A stretch of DNA of 64,000 nt from Chrysomallon squamiferum (taxonomy: Eukaryota > Animalia > Mollusca). The DNA lies in contig CM022679.1 of NCBI GenBank assembly GCA_012295275.1, forward strand, positions 18,476,001 to 18,540,000, written 5' to 3'. Under the pieces are notes generated by a model. It worked only from the letters and a program-made list of their open reading frames with translations. It did no database searches and was not told where the DNA came from. The translations under genes were made by a program, and so were the position numbers. Positions 15,061-29,877 of the stretch are shown piece by piece. Numbering within the stretch: position 1 is the first letter of the stretch; the number at the start of each line of letters is the position of its first letter.

Positions 15061-17879
15061 TGCTTTGAGTGTTACAGTAAAGATAATAAAGGAATATTTA
15101 ACAGTGTTGTGAGTTCTTTGAATGTTGAATAAATATTACTTTTAGAAGCTAAAGATCAAGTGCCAAGAAAAGTCTTAGCTACTTGAGAAAATGCAAGAAA
15201 GGACAAGTATACAATTCAGACAGATTAAGACGCTTAGCATATAAACTATAATAACGGCATTGTTACTTTACTGAAGGCTCTCCTGAGATTAAGTGAAAGA
15301 TTATTTCATTTATGAATGCTGAATCAGTACTTTAATTTAAATAAGAAGGGGGGGGTGAAAGAAAAAAATCTAAGACAGTTACGTTCAGCTCTGAAGCATA
15401 TAAAAAATAATCATTCATTATTTGGTTTCCTCCTTGAATTTTCAACAATGAATAATGAAAACGTTTATACAGCAGAACGAAGTTTCAATTAGATTTACTC
15501 GGATGAGAAAAAGACGGAATTTAGGACGGCTTTAATACTGAAATAGGAATACGGATTTATCTGTGAAATACCTAAATAAATTTTTCCAACATCAATCATA
15601 ATATCGCCAACATGAATCAGATCGCCAGTGAGAGGAATGACTAAAGAGATGTGCTCTCGCGAATTCTTTTATATGCACAACTTTGAAGCGTTGATGGGAA
15701 GGTTACGCGTTATGAAAGCTTTAAACCATTTTTTCACTGGACTTGCAAATAAATATTCATCCAAACCCGTACTATTTGTCAGTGTGTATATTTCATTTAT
15801 TTATCGATCATACTTATTTCATAGTGGATATTTAGCTGTCCAAAGGTTCTTCAACGGCAAGAATAATAATTATTATAAATTATTGACTGACAGTGTATCT
15901 GTATATTACAATTTAAAACAAAAAGAAAGAAAAAAAAAAAAAAAAAAAAAATTCGCCTCACCAAAACAAAATAAATAAAATAAAATAAAATAAAATAAAA
16001 TAACATAACATAAAATAAAAATCCATTTAACAAACAAAAGAAGATATTGTATACGACAATGACAGCGGAAGATGATAATATATAATTTTTATGTTCAGAT
16101 ATAATTTGTAGAATCGAATTATAATGGAAATTAAATGGTAATCGAGCAGTTAGATTTTATTAGCTAAAAAAAACTACCCACCCCCTTATATTAAACTATA
16201 CGAACCCACTATCGCTTGTGTAACTTAGAATCGGCCAATATTTCCAACGTTAAAACAGTCACCATGCTTTTGCGATAAACGATGTGCATACAAACAAGTT
16301 CCTAGTAACCAAAACAAGTCTAATGATCTTAAAAGAGCATTAATATCTGTTTGTTTTCTGGGGTGTTTTTTACAATTGTAGATGGCGTTTTATTTAATTT
16401 AATTTAATTTTATAAATACAGCTGTCCCGAATGTAATAACGTGCCTACCTTTCCACAAATAGACCTGAGGTTACAGTTAACGTGTACGGTAACACGGGTT
16501 ACTCGAGCACTTGACTACTAAGTAGCTGGTGAGGCGGAAAACACTGGTCAATTTTACAAGCTGAACAATCGAATGTGCGTTTATACAATTTTATATGCAT
16601 CTTTATCGCAGAACTAACAGTAAAACTGAAAGATCGTAGCAATATATTGAGTAAAATCTTTGATAACATGGGATAGACCCTACCTGTAAAATTATCAACT
16701 ATCTCTTTACTTATAGGAGCAGTCTACGATGCTAAGGTTAAATAACAAAAAATTAAATACTTAAATTAAAACAACTCTGCAATGGTTCCTGAGTAAATCA
16801 CCAACGTGACGTCATCACAAAAGGAAAGAGAAACATTTCGCAATGTTGGACTAATTTTGATTATGCATTTTTATCATATGTAATTTATGAAATACAAATA
16901 TCTTACATTCCACCAAGAATGAAATATTACTTGCAAAAATTATTATTATTATTATTATTTGTTTGTCGTTTTTGTTTTGGTTTTTTTTTTTTTTTTTTTG
17001 TCAAATGTCGTATTCGTGCGCGCCCACATTTTTGAGCGTATGTCTTCTGGCTAGAGTATAAGAACCAAAATTTGCGTAATTACTGCACTGGGAGTCAAAT
17101 TCTGATTTTAAGTGTGAGAGTTCCAAATGGTCTGAATAATCCGCAACAAGTTAGTAAACCTCGTACTAGAGGAAACCTAAATATAAGGGTTTTTGTTATA
17201 ATTGAAAATGCTACTAAATGACTTGTACAACTGTATGCATGCTACTTAAGAGTCCAGGAATGTAACGAAGTAAATATAATTCTGTGTGTGTGTGGTTGTT
17301 TGTGTGAACGCATATGCTTAAAAGAAATAAAGAAGGAAATTAAACCATTAAACAAATTAAATTTATTTCACAAGTTTACTGTATTATGATTGACAGAATG
17401 AGGACAATTTAATTTTTTATAAGTACCTATTAATAAAACAATAACTCTGTATAAAAACAATGTCGATGAATGTGTTAAATATAAAATCCCAAACTTTTAG
17501 AACAATTTGCAAGAAAACACTCGTAGGTACAAAAAGAATGAAATAACGAATAAAGTTAAGTAACCGGGTTTCTTACAAGTTTTACGACTAATTACAATGC
17601 AGTGTCTACCGTTCAAAGGTAAAGAAAATTTAAGATTTTGATCACTTCACTAAAGTATAAACATAAACTATCAATGAAACATGAACATTTATAATTCATT
17701 TACCCTGATTAATACAAACTTAATTTTAAAGTGGCAACATAAAAGATTTAAAAAGTTAGAATATTAATAAGGGAAATGTGAAGAAACAAAACATATACAA
17801 AAGCAAGATTACATATGCAAAATTACATGAAGTTACGCAATGATGGTTAGATTAATTATTAACGATACTGACAAGTAAC

Positions 17880-18859
17880 CAGGGCTCGAAATGGCCAGTC
17901 GCCGAAGCTCCGATTGGGCGACGGGACTTTAGAAATATTATTTCGGCGACTTTTTTTCTTTTCTTTTTTTCTGTAAGTTGTAATACAAGAGCCACTATTA
18001 ATAATTTTATCGCTAATATTTATTTTACATAAAAGGTTTGCTCAATTGGTACCGGATCAATTATCCGGACTCCTTGGGGCCTAGACATTTCGCATTTCTG
18101 GATTTTCCGGTTTTCTGGTACCAAGGCATCTAAATATGTAAATAATTAGGCATAAACATTTTAAAATTAAATCCATAAAGAACTAACGATATACAACTGT
18201 AAACAATGCGGCGAGTGAATAAACGACACGCAAACTATGAAAATAGCGTCGGGATAAAACTTCCGGTTTTCTGGTCTTTCAGAATGCCGGATAATTGGTC
18301 CGGAACCTAGAGTTCGATAAACTGAACCTATCGGTTTATCTTAATTTGCCAAATCTATTTATAAACACTAATTTTGTAGACCGGACCGGATATGCATGTA
18401 GTTAACTGTAGTTTTGATAAACAAAACCGTGAGTCTCGCTGATCGAGTATCATAAAACTGATCGTGACCATTCGGATCATCTTGGCCGAATACGCGGACA
18501 AATCCGAATCTTCCCGAATGCCGTCTTAGCTTGTCATGTGCTTCGCTGTGTTCCGATTTCATTTTCATTTTCTTTTCTTTTTTGGAATTGCTTTGTTTGA
18601 CAAAGAATTTCAGTATCCCATGTGCTGGTATATTTGCATTAAGTGACTCTTCGATGCATACTTTTAAATCTTACTTCAAAAGTTAATGACCAAGTAAACG
18701 TTTTCCTTCACTTAAAAACTGAAATACGAATACTGCTTGTTTGGGCTACCAAAAAAAACCTAAAAAAAACTTGGGCACTGAATATTTTTTAAACGAATAT
18801 TTAGCTGCCTTAATTTGTTATTTGGGCCACCACACATTTCACACGAGTTTTGAGCCCTG
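17880..18859. mobile_element. Non-autonomous DNA element with CAGGGCTC terminal inverted repeats (hAT-like), carrying a nested MITE
   Basis: CAGGGCTCGAAA at 17880 and TTTTGAGCCCTG ending 18859. No clear 8-bp TSD. Confidence 0.6.
18048..18307. mobile_element. MITE copy 1 (GGTACCGGAYCAATTATCCGG TIR family)
   Basis: About 21-bp imperfect TIRs; internal sequence shared with 20161-20398 and ~29247-29518. Confidence 0.8.
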
Positions 18860-19583
18860 AGTATGTATGACAAGAATATGGAAACAAAAATTCATACCAA
18901 GCTGAATATAATAAAAGGCAAATCTATGAAAAGCTCAAAAGAATTGTAATATTTGCTTCTTTGTTCAATTAAATTGACATTAGTTGCTACATACCAAATT
19001 TAGTAATACAGGCCACAGGCACTAGCAAATAACTAGTTTAAGAACAGACTGAAGATGTTGAGACTAGCTCTTAAACATTAAAGAAAACAACTCATAACTA
19101 GTATCACAGGAAGTTTCGATTAGAAAGCCAAGTTTCTTCACTTTAATACAAATCATGCTGTTTCTGTAGTCTAAGTTGCTATATCTCACAGTTACAGTGA
19201 GTACGAGCTGTATATAGCAGTTTCAGATATTAAAGTTAAATAACAAAAACACCATCAAGCATTTAAGAGATACAAGTTTCAGAAAATACAAATACTACTT
19301 CAACAGGACAGATATGATGCTTTCCCATCAAATGATATTAATGTGGATGTGTGTTAATTATCAGGAAAATCAGATTTTTTATGGATGAGTTGAACATGAC
19401 GGGAACTATAAACTATTTTTGCAATGAATATATCCTCGGAGACATCAACCAGATGTTAATATTTAATAATTTGAAAATTCACCCATTTATTCTGAATATG
19501 TAGAGACAACTTAGTAGAATAATAATGTTAATTGCATTTAAATTATTTTTCTAAACAGTCCTAGTCAGAAATATTAATTTAAT

Positions 19584-19652
19584 AGCTTATTTTTTTATAA
19601 CTAACCAATGCAGCTAATAAGCTGCATTAGCTGGTTATAAAAAAAATAAGCT
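19584..19652. repeat. About 32-bp-arm hairpin downstream of the GDE1 stop
   Basis: AGCTTATTTTTTTATAACTAACCAATGCAGCT-AATA-AGCTGCATTAGCTGGTTATAAAAAAAATAAGCT. Confidence 0.8.
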
Positions 19653-19780
19653 GCTCAGTGCAGGGATAAATGGAAAAAGCAAAGCAAAGCCATTTAAATA
19701 ACATATTATACGTACTCTACTGAACAAAGAAACTAAAACTAATTAGTTGATTAAAAATAAAATTATTAAATGTTATTTAG

Positions 19781-19818
<38 letters not shown>

Positions 19819-19952
19819 AAAGCAAATAATATAAAAAGATGAAGATAAAATATGTAATGTATAAAAATATTAAATTAAAAAAAAGAAAAACTAATTTAGC
19901 TTTATATATCAGCTGTATAACAATACCATAGCAACAACAACAACAATGTAAT

Positions 19953-20115
19953 CTAAACTATAGAGTCAGTAATGATAGGGCACAACAAACTCTTCTGAAA
20001 ATATTCTCTTTCCAACTGTTCATTCACTGTCCATGGTATAAGTATAATACCCAACTTTTTCCAAAAAATACAGGTCTCTCTGTGCAAAAAAAACCAAAAA
20101 AAAGCACACACACAC

Positions 20116-20153
<38 letters not shown>

Positions 20154-21306
20154 ATATACTGGTACCGGACCAATTATCTGGTGTCTTGAAATCTGGAACT
20201 ACTCTTTCAAGCTGTGTGGTGTTCATTCACTTGCTGCACTGTTTACGTATCGAGTTGACACAGTTGTGTATCGTTAATTTTCTTTATGTTTTTAATTTTA
20301 AAATGTTTATGCTTAATTATTTACATATTTAGATGCACTGGTACCAGAAATCCAGAATGCTTCAGGCCACAAGGAGTCTGGATAGTTGGTCCGGTACCTC
20401 TCTCTCTATATATACATATGTATATAAATACACACACATACACAAAGTTATTAAAATAGAAAGACAAAACAATTTTTAATACTATTTACTCAAACAAAAA
20501 CCAAAAATACTGGATAAAATGATTTTACAGATACTTGCAGTATTTTTATGCAGTATTAAGATTCCGTAAGTGAGATAACTTTGCACAGAAAAATGTTTTC
20601 TCTTTAAATGTATTTTCTGCAAATGGAGTTAAGAGCTTGCTCTAAAAGAAATATCTTAACAACTACTTTTGAGCTCTGTAAACAATGTATTTAATTACTA
20701 TTATAATACAAACCTAGACAAATCATCTTTACAAATTAAGGTAAATGAATTTCCACACAAGTACCAGATCCATGCGTAATGTGACCATTCAAGCAACACA
20801 TCTAGCAGAGGAGCTAATAATGTTTTCCACCAGTTCGTCTCATTTGACATCTTCTTGTTCAGAAACTGTAGTGCATTGTGACGCAATGTCAATCCAGTCA
20901 TTATATGGGGATCTTTTTTTCGGACCTATTCAAAATGAAAGAATAACTGTATTATACAGAAAACAATTATTATAAATGTTCATACTTAATTAATGAACCA
21001 CATTTAATAATAATAACATTGCCCACAGTGATTTTTAATTCTAAATAATAATAATAAAATACATTTATTTTTATTTTCTACTTGAGCAAAAAATGGTAAG
21101 GTAAAAATCAGAATTGATCTAAGAATTAATTAATATGACCATCACATACTTTGTACATGTCTTTTTAAGATCAGCTTTATAATAAGCTTAATATCAAACA
21201 TTTTAATTTCATTCAGATGCAGTTTTCCAAACAAACCCTGACCAAATAACTTATTTGAGATTGGTAATTGAATTATAAAATTATGGATGTGGTGATGATA
21301 TGTTAG

Positions 21307-21354
<48 letters not shown>

Positions 21355-24300
21355 ATTGTAAGCATAGAAGTACAGGTTTGATGTACATCTATGGATGTGA
21401 TTAATTAATTACCAGTTATAACATTTCAACACAATTTGTACATTTGTTCTCTTAATCGAAGGGCAATGGAAGCAATACTGACAGCAAAATAAAAGAAATG
21501 TTGAAAAAAGAAATGCTACATGATAATGTAGCTATTTGGAAAGCAGGGTTTGTCTTTGGATATTTTTTCCTGGAAGAGTTCTATACACATATGGGTATGA
21601 TGAAATACCTACCGCATATATAATAAGAGGAAAGAATGAACAAACGATGGCCTTACTGTACAGTTGGGGATTCTTCTTAAAGAGGTCACACAAGAGGATG
21701 GCTGTCTAAAATAAAACAAACATTTTCATACTAGTTGATCAAGGATCAAAACTTTCAGTGATTTATATTTTTCACATATTTTCTTTTATATGGTAGATTC
21801 TGGATTTAAAAGACTAATAGGGAGGTTCAATGTTTCTCACGTCAGGTAAATCACCAATGTTATAAAATGACAATATTTTATTATTATAACAATGGAATTT
21901 TTATTATTTTATTATTATTGAATGAAATATTTCAAGTACTCCCTTATTTTTGTTTTATTTATTTATTTACTTTAAATAAATAAATAAAACCTTTTTTAGT
22001 TTATAGATCAGTAGTGATAAATGAATATACATCTTCAAAATTATAAGAAACAGATAAATTTGATACAAATATTATTTCGGTCAAAGTTAATAATTACCAT
22101 CAGTATTGAAATATGTGTATCTGATGTTATATATTAAAAAATAGTCCAAAGTGATTTTCTTATCCCAATTACAGTGAAGTAAAATTTTAAGTTGTCAGTC
22201 AAATAGTTACAATGTTACAATTTTTTTTAATACTTAATTTTTTGGTGCAATTTGCTTATTTGGTAATGCCATATTATGTGTTGCAAATACACATTGTTTT
22301 TCTTTTTTTACACTGATGTGTTAGGCCAAACTTTCTAATACCATAACTTGTTTGTAGGTTATTCACATGGTTCACATTTAAATTTTGAAAATTTGTAAAT
22401 GCACTTCTACTTGAACCACAAACACAGTTTGTAAATTATATTAAACTAAGTGAAAAGATCTAGATGATGAAATACATTTAGAAAGGATAAATTAGAACTT
22501 CTAAAATGTTAACTTTTAGGGGGAATTAACCTTTTTCTTTTAACAGATTGCATTTTTCTTCAGCATCGAGCTCTTTCACAGAGCTAGTAAAGGGTATATA
22601 ATAAAGATAACTTGTTGAGTGCTCTTTCCTAACAAATGGGGCTCAAAGCACTTCACAATGAGAGATCTGGATGGATAATGAATCATATTATAATAATACT
22701 CTAAACATTTACATACATTAAATGTTGATGTGAATATAAAGGAGCAGAAGTTGAATTTCACTTTGATAAGGTTTAAGGAGTGACGGATGATAACATAAAT
22801 TGTGAGAGCCTATTTGAGTATTATGAAGCAAATGTCAAACCAAAGTGGAGAATGAATAAGGAAATGTGTACTGAGTGACCTATTACTTTATTATCTATTA
22901 TGGATGTAGTACATTTTGGACCAAGTTTCCAATATAACAAGCTTCATTTTTCCCACTGACACTAATTAACCATACATATTCCATCATCTTTTCCAATATT
23001 TGTTTCCAAGGCATTGCCATAACTGAGAAGATTCTTAGATCACAACATGAAACAAGAAACTGAAATCAGATTATGAAGCTAAGAGACAAAACTTCTGTTT
23101 GGCTGAGTTTGTTTGAAGAAAGTCATGGCAATAAGCACTGGTTGGCAAACACATACTGCTCACATGACAAATCATGCCACACCAGGAACAAAGAAAGATA
23201 AATAAATATATAAACCTTACTAATAGGTCCACAAACCTGCCAACCAAGTGAGTTATTTTCCACCCATATATAGGGGCATACTGTATGCATGTATGTATGG
23301 TCAAAACCCTTTAAAATGTTGCACTGGCAGCAAGAGGTTCTTATAGATAGGATGTTACAAATCAGTCTGAATGACACATGGAAATACCCAGTCCTTCACA
23401 TTATTTTATGTGTAATTAGAATTGTTGAATGCAGTGAATAGAATATTCCTTTCCTTTTTATTAAAATCTGTTAGGAAAAAAGATAAATCTGGGTTAACAA
23501 TCATATGAACAAATGGACTTCAATATTCTTGATCATTTTAAAAAATAGTGTAAATAGTTTCTTGATATGCTTGACAAAATGTTCAGTGATGTCTTAACTG
23601 TTGTAAATAGGATTAGAAAGGTACTAACACTGCATGACGTGTTACCATGAAGGGGTTATTGCTGCATGATTTGACACCCTAATGATAAATTCTAATGTAA
23701 TATTGTTAACGCTGAATTTATTGTTTTCTTATTTTATGGGATTGTGGAGCAGATTATTAAATTTGGATCATAAGATTATTAAATATCAGTTTAAATTAAA
23801 TGGTTCAATTTCATATCTCAGGTTTAGATGTAAATATAATTCAATTATAATAAAGTAATAATAATACTAGCATTAGAAACAAATATAACCAATAAATAAA
23901 CAACAATATTAACAAGTTAACAATAACAACAACAAAAGCAAACGGTAATGGAAAAAAAAGCATAATGGTGTCATTGTCAGTCAACAGACTTTACAGTGTC
24001 TCATGGTGACTAATGATATTCAGGCTGATAATGATTATCAGATATAAAACAGTAACAAAGTACATGAACTCTGTACCTCTCTATTCTTTGAAATGAAATC
24101 ATTTTTGTTTGTTTACTACATGTCACTCAATAAATACCTTTAACCTATTTACGGTGATTGAAAAATAATGAAGATTCATAAATGGAGCAGTGGTCACTAA
24201 TTAAATGTATACATGTATCCTGCAATCATTGTAAATAGATAGGATGACTAGATAAATTTATATATTTTGGTCACTGACCTAAAATTTAGTTTTTCGGGGA

Positions 24301-26056
24301 GTGCATTATCATACATATTGTTTAAAGTTATTTTGTGTGTTAAACTGCTGGTTAAGATCTGAAAAAAAACATTTGAAAACAGTTTTCATTTAAAAAAATA
24401 ACAAATATTTTATTTTGATGTATAGTTTATGTAAGCAAAAATTAATTCAATAAGTGAACGTGGTGAGTTGAAAAATAAAACAGTTAAATTCATTTAGTTT
24501 TTGTATTATATAATATTGAAAGATGAAAAATAATTGCTTGTCACAACCTTAAGTTGATAATTTATCCTGTACAGATTGAATTTTTGAAAAATAAAGCTGA
24601 TATTTAATGATAGTAGCCAGTTATTCCACACATATGTATGTATGTGTATATGCATGTACGATATGGATGGATAAATGAACAGATGGACACAGACATACAA
24701 CCACACACACACACAGAGGCATATATTAACATGGAATTTATATAGTATGTACATTAAAACACTTTATTATTATTTGTTGTTTTGCTGTTGTTGCATAAAG
24801 CTGTTGCATCACATTATTCTTTAATGTCCTTCAGCAAATTTTTATACTAGGAAAAATGTTAGTATTTAAAATTCAAATACTATTATAAATATACAAATAT
24901 TATTATATATAAATAAAAATAACCTGGAAGAAATAAACCGATATAAATGGAAAAATTAATTATAAGAAATAATAAAATTCTAGTACAATAAAACAATTTC
25001 AAAAATTATCTGTATGATAAAGATAATAAAATAAAATAAAATAAAACTGATAAAAGGAAAATCCAAGCTTTGACTAAAATATTTACCTTTTCTGGTTTTG
25101 ATTTGCAATCTATATAAACAGTGAGATCTTCTTCTAAACATGTTGTTAGACATTCCTCTAGTGTTGGAATTTTTACAGGACCAGATGTTTCTCTTTAATG
25201 CATGAAAAAAAAGGGGAAAAAACCCCCCCAAAATATTAGAAATAATTAAAAGTCACAAAACATCAAGAATAAAGGAAATATTTATTGTATACAGAAATAT
25301 TATAAAACTGAAACTAACAGTTTGACCCCTAGAGTGTATATCTCAAGTGCTATAAAAATAATATTAAAGGCTTTTTCCAGTTCCATTAATTTTTTCTACA
25401 TGCCATTTTGTTTTCCATTGCAGATTTTCCTTACCATAATATACCGTACCTAAATATAATACTGAATTAATCTGTGTTCATTTTTGCTTCCACACATTCA
25501 GAGTACAGAAGCATGTTGTTAATGACACTATACATGGTTAAAATATAAAATGTAACAAGTGGCACAAATTACTGCAGATATACACTGATCTACAAATTAA
25601 AACACAATAAAAAGTGTAAACTATTACATTATTTATTAAATGACTGCTATGATGAATTTAAAAATAAGAGAGAGATACAGAAAACTTTTGATTTATTTGT
25701 TTACTTATTTATTTATGTTGCTTTTATGTTGCTTTTTTTTGGACATGCTGGGGTATGAATTTTAAATGAAGATTGAATAGAAAAATTACCTGCACTGATG
25801 AGTTGCCGCTGCATCTAGTCTTGAAATTTCCTCATATGTCATTTCAGAAATATAGCCATGTTCACCAGTTGTACGATCCACAGTCAAGTCATGAAACAAA
25901 ATACCTATACCATCTGATGTGAATGCCATATCAACCTCGACACCCTGGGCCCCATTCTGTTTAGCCTATAACAATTTTATCAAATTTAATATTTTCATCA
26001 TTTAAATGTTTTAAATGCAGATTGGTTTTCAGCTTATTTGTTTGACATATAAAGTT

Positions 26057-26112
<56 letters not shown>

Positions 26113-26628
26113 AAAAATATTTTTGTCACACACATACACAAATGCTGTATAATTATTAGTACTATTTTCTATCACCAATAAAGGCAATATAACACCATAA
26201 TAACTGAATATATAAATATACATGAACTAACAGCAAATATCTTTTAAGAATATCATCAGGTCCATATGACAAGTATTCAGAAAACTTTGTTATTTTTTTT
26301 TAACCCATGAATAACAAGGCACAAGAAAAGATTAAGGAGAGAACTTTCGAACCTCTTTAATTGCCTCCAGTGTATTTTCTGGATACCTGTAATCGCCTCC
26401 TCTGTGAAAAATTGGTGAAAGCTGCAATGAATTATCTGCGCCTGATTCTAATCCAAGTCGGTCGTAAACAGAGTTCAGTTCTAGTTGTTGAATTCGATAA
26501 TAACGCAAAGCAATCAAAAGTAAAATAGTTGCAGTTATTCCAAAGTTGAAATTCACAACAGCTGTGAAGAAAAATAATATAAAAATGGCATTAGTAGCCA
26601 AAGTATAAGTTCTGAAATATGTCGACAT
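19953..26628 (-). CDS. GDE1: Glycerophosphodiester phosphodiesterase 1, ~329 aa
   Basis: Exons 26628-26353, 25965-25790, 25192-25087, 21705-21613, 20925-20714, 20079-19953, phases consistent. N-terminal hydrophobic segment, HRGG..YPENTLEA, GVEVD..FTSDG...HD.TVDRTT, IPTLEE, VCSFFP, WTVN, IITDS. Confidence 0.93.
20161..20398. mobile_element. MITE copy 2, in GDE1 last intron
   Basis: GGTACCGGACCAATTATC ... GATAGTTGGTCCGGTACC TIRs; inverted relative to copy 1. Confidence 0.8.
22520..23750. mobile_element. Decayed transposon-derived sequence in GDE1 intron 3, class unresolved
   Basis: Segment ~23302-23625 recurs diverged at ~28458-28756 (for example TCCTTCACA...TTTTATGTGTAATTAGAA...ATATGAACAAATGGACTTC). 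Only broken frames. Confidence 0.5.
26058..26108. repeat. (GA)n microsatellite
   Basis: GA run in GDE1 intron 1. Confidence 0.95.
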
Positions 26629-27648
26629 GCTGAACGATGTGTCTGTGACACCGACACACAGTGACTGACAATCATGCAACTATTTTCATTTTGTCAAGGT
26701 TAAAGTTCTTTTAATCGCTTGACTGGTTCAGTTATTAAAACGATACGAACATTCGAAAACTGATTCGTTACTTAATATAAACAGTTACCAGAGTTGCAAA
26801 TACTCATGAAAACAGTGCAGAAGTCGTTCGTATTAAAGTTGTCACGTAAAACATTCCAAATTGCACAATAAATTCGTACCGAGACGTTCTGGTATCAACC
26901 AGCTCTCACCCGCTCGTAACGCATTGCATTACAAACGCTCGTTTTCATTTTTTTTATTTTTTTTATTGTTTTACGTTTTCTCCCGAAATATTATGTTCAC
27001 AAAAGCCTTAGGTGGCCTCAGCCCCCTCGTCCATTTATTATGATATATTTTTTTTTTGTCCCGCTCCTCAAGGCGATTAACTTCATTAAGTGTTTTTGCC
27101 TGATACAAAAAAGAAAAGTCTAGTTAGTAAGTACCGGCTACGTAGCTACTCGCAAAGCCTGAATTAGTTAAAAACTGCAATCTTTTCCCGTATCGGCACA
27201 GATGCACTTGTGTTCAAAGGAACAGGCAATATATACCACAATAAAGAACATTATTTCCTCTTTCCAGTGCACTGGTCAGAATAGGTTGGTGAAGTGAAGT
27301 GTATCTTGCCCTGCAGGGTGAGCTGAACTCAGTCATTTGACAACAGTCTCAATCAGTCTTTACCCAATATCTTTCAAGAATGCCGTGTAACCTTTCTTTA
27401 CACAGGACTTTTCATTCTGAACAAACAGTATCAGTATGCTATATTTTGAAATCTGTGCAGTTTCATGCTCCTGCGTATAAATTTTGTGAAAGATATGAGG
27501 TTAACTAAATAACTGATGGCCTATGTAAAAATCGTTTGCTACTAATCAATGTAGAAAGCCTTTGAACAGGCGGCGCCGCCAACTTTTCGTTAAACCATGA
27601 TATTAATAAAAAGTATTTATCATATTACTGAATATTATTTAAAATAAT

Positions 27649-27679
<31 letters not shown>

Positions 27680-28457
27680 TACACACATACGTACATATAT
27701 ACAAAATTTATTCTTGAATAATAAAATATTTAAATAATTTGTATTACTGCATAAGATTTTGTTCTAATTATTTTTTCTGAATATGCTCTATATCTGAATA
27801 TATATATGTGATGTTTTTAATTACTGTTGTTATTGTTGTCTGATTTATTGTAAGTACAATTTTCCAATCACATTATATACAGTATTTAACTTTATGAAGA
27901 CAATCGAATTTCTTTTAGAACGATATTTTTGATACACATAGATTTCAGATGGCGTTTATTTTTGCAGTATTGTGCAAGTCTAGAGATGCAATCTGTTATC
28001 ACTATGAATCAATCTCTAACCAAAAGAATCAGCAGTAGACTTTGTCGTTTTGGAGGAGAAATTTAGTCATATGGGGTTGCGAAGTAACCAATGCCACAAT
28101 GAACCGTAGCTGAATTTTATGCAAATGACTGAGAATGATTTAGAAACCCGAGATCTAAATTGTTTTTCTGAGTCGAATATCAGACACTGTGTACTTTCAA
28201 CATTAAACAAAGAAACAGACAGCTCACTGACTGTTTTATAAGGAAGAAAATTGGGGAACAAGTAGAACAATTATTTATGGGTTTTTTTTTTTTCGTTTTT
28301 CTTAAAGTACAAGGTGTTTCAAAAGTCACCAAGGTATTCAAAAATGAAATGTGTTATAATTATATTTGCTGGTAACTAAATAATTGTTTTTACAGTTGCA
28401 CACCAATTGTTTTTATAGTTGCAGAGTTATATAAAAGTGGATATACCGTTTGTCTAT

Positions 28458-28756
28458 TCAAAACCCTTTGCAATGTTGATTGGCAGCAAGAAGTTCTTAT
28501 GGACAGGACATCACATATCAGTCTGGATGAAACCCAATGGTTCTGCAAAGGTTCAATCCTTCACAACATTTTATGTGTAATTAGAACTACTGAATGCAAT
28601 GCATAGAATATTTCTTTTCTTTTTATTAAAAACCTTTCGGGGAAAAACAAATGCGTTAACATTAATTATATGAACAAATGGACTTCGATATCCCCTGATA
28701 GGCGTGACGAAATGTCAGTGATACCTTCACTATTGTAAACAGGACTAAAAAGGAAC
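28458..28756. repeat. Second diverged copy of the repeat at ~23302-23625
   Basis: Direct sequence similarity by eye, same orientation. Confidence 0.75.
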
Positions 28757-29246
28757 ATGAAGACGATTGTTTTATAGGGAAAATAGAAATGTCATTTATA
28801 GATACACATTTTCTTATAGTATTTTGGATGAATACTTCAAGGATTATCTATTCGTAGATATTACAGTTCTGACTATTCATGAAATCTGCTGGTGATTTTC
28901 TGGCATTGAAATATTGCCAGTAAGCTTTTTGGGTGAGAATAATTCATCCATTACAGCTGAAATAAAATACCAAGTTTTTTGTTCACTTGTGAAATTTTCC
29001 ATTTATAATTTCCAAATGTTCATCAATATTCCGAAAAGTAAAAACAGAAACGAGTAAATTATAAAAATTCCAATCTTTTATTAAAATTTTAAATCCCTAA
29101 CGGATACCCTGCATATTGTAATGTCGAGATTACTTGGAATTCGAAAATAGCCATAAACAATATGAAGTGTCAAGAAGAATCGAACTGACAAATGACATGC
29201 TTATTATAGTAACTGGTTGTATCTAGTCATGCCAAATTGGTATGCA

Positions 29247-29518
29247 AATTATCCGTCGTCCTGAAATCCGGAAAACCCCTAAAACCGGAAAGTTTTTACC
29301 GACGCTATTTTCATAGTTAGCGCGTGCGGCTATTGTCCTCACCAGAGCTGAACTACTCTTTCAAGCCACGTGGCGTTCATTCACTCGCCGCATTGTTTAC
29401 CTGTCGAGTCGCCACAGTTATTTACGTATTTAGATGCCTTGGTACCAAAAAGCCGAAAAATCCCCAAATCCGGAATGCCTCAGACCCCAAGGAGTCCGGA
29501 TAATTTGTCCGGTACCTG
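29247..29518. mobile_element. MITE copy 3 (left TIR truncated)
   Basis: Ends CCGGATAATTTGTCCGGTACCTG followed by TA, which suggests a CAGGTACC TIR with TA target (Tc1/mariner-like). Confidence 0.75.
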
Positions 29519-29845
29519 TAAATAAATACTTTGAGACAAAAACAGTGCATACATATAAGAGTGATTACCCGCAAGGAAAACATTTAAGAAACGTCTAACA
29601 TATAAAATGAATAAAATTATTATATAAATACAGTTTTGGAGAAAAAAAATTAAGAACGTATAAGACTCTTTTGATTTTGAAAGTTTTCATGTCTTATTTA
29701 ACAAATATATCTGAAATCTAGCGGTGTATGTTTTTGTTTATTTTCTATTTGAATTATTGCATTCCACAATAATTCAAATGCTTAAGATCATACTTATATT
29801 CCCTGTAGACTACACAAAGGCAACAACAACAACAACAACAACAAC

Positions 29846-29877
<32 letters not shown>

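Noticed and set aside
27948-28260. Exon-like block after a TTTCAG acceptor
   Set aside because: Stops in all frames and no recognisable homology.
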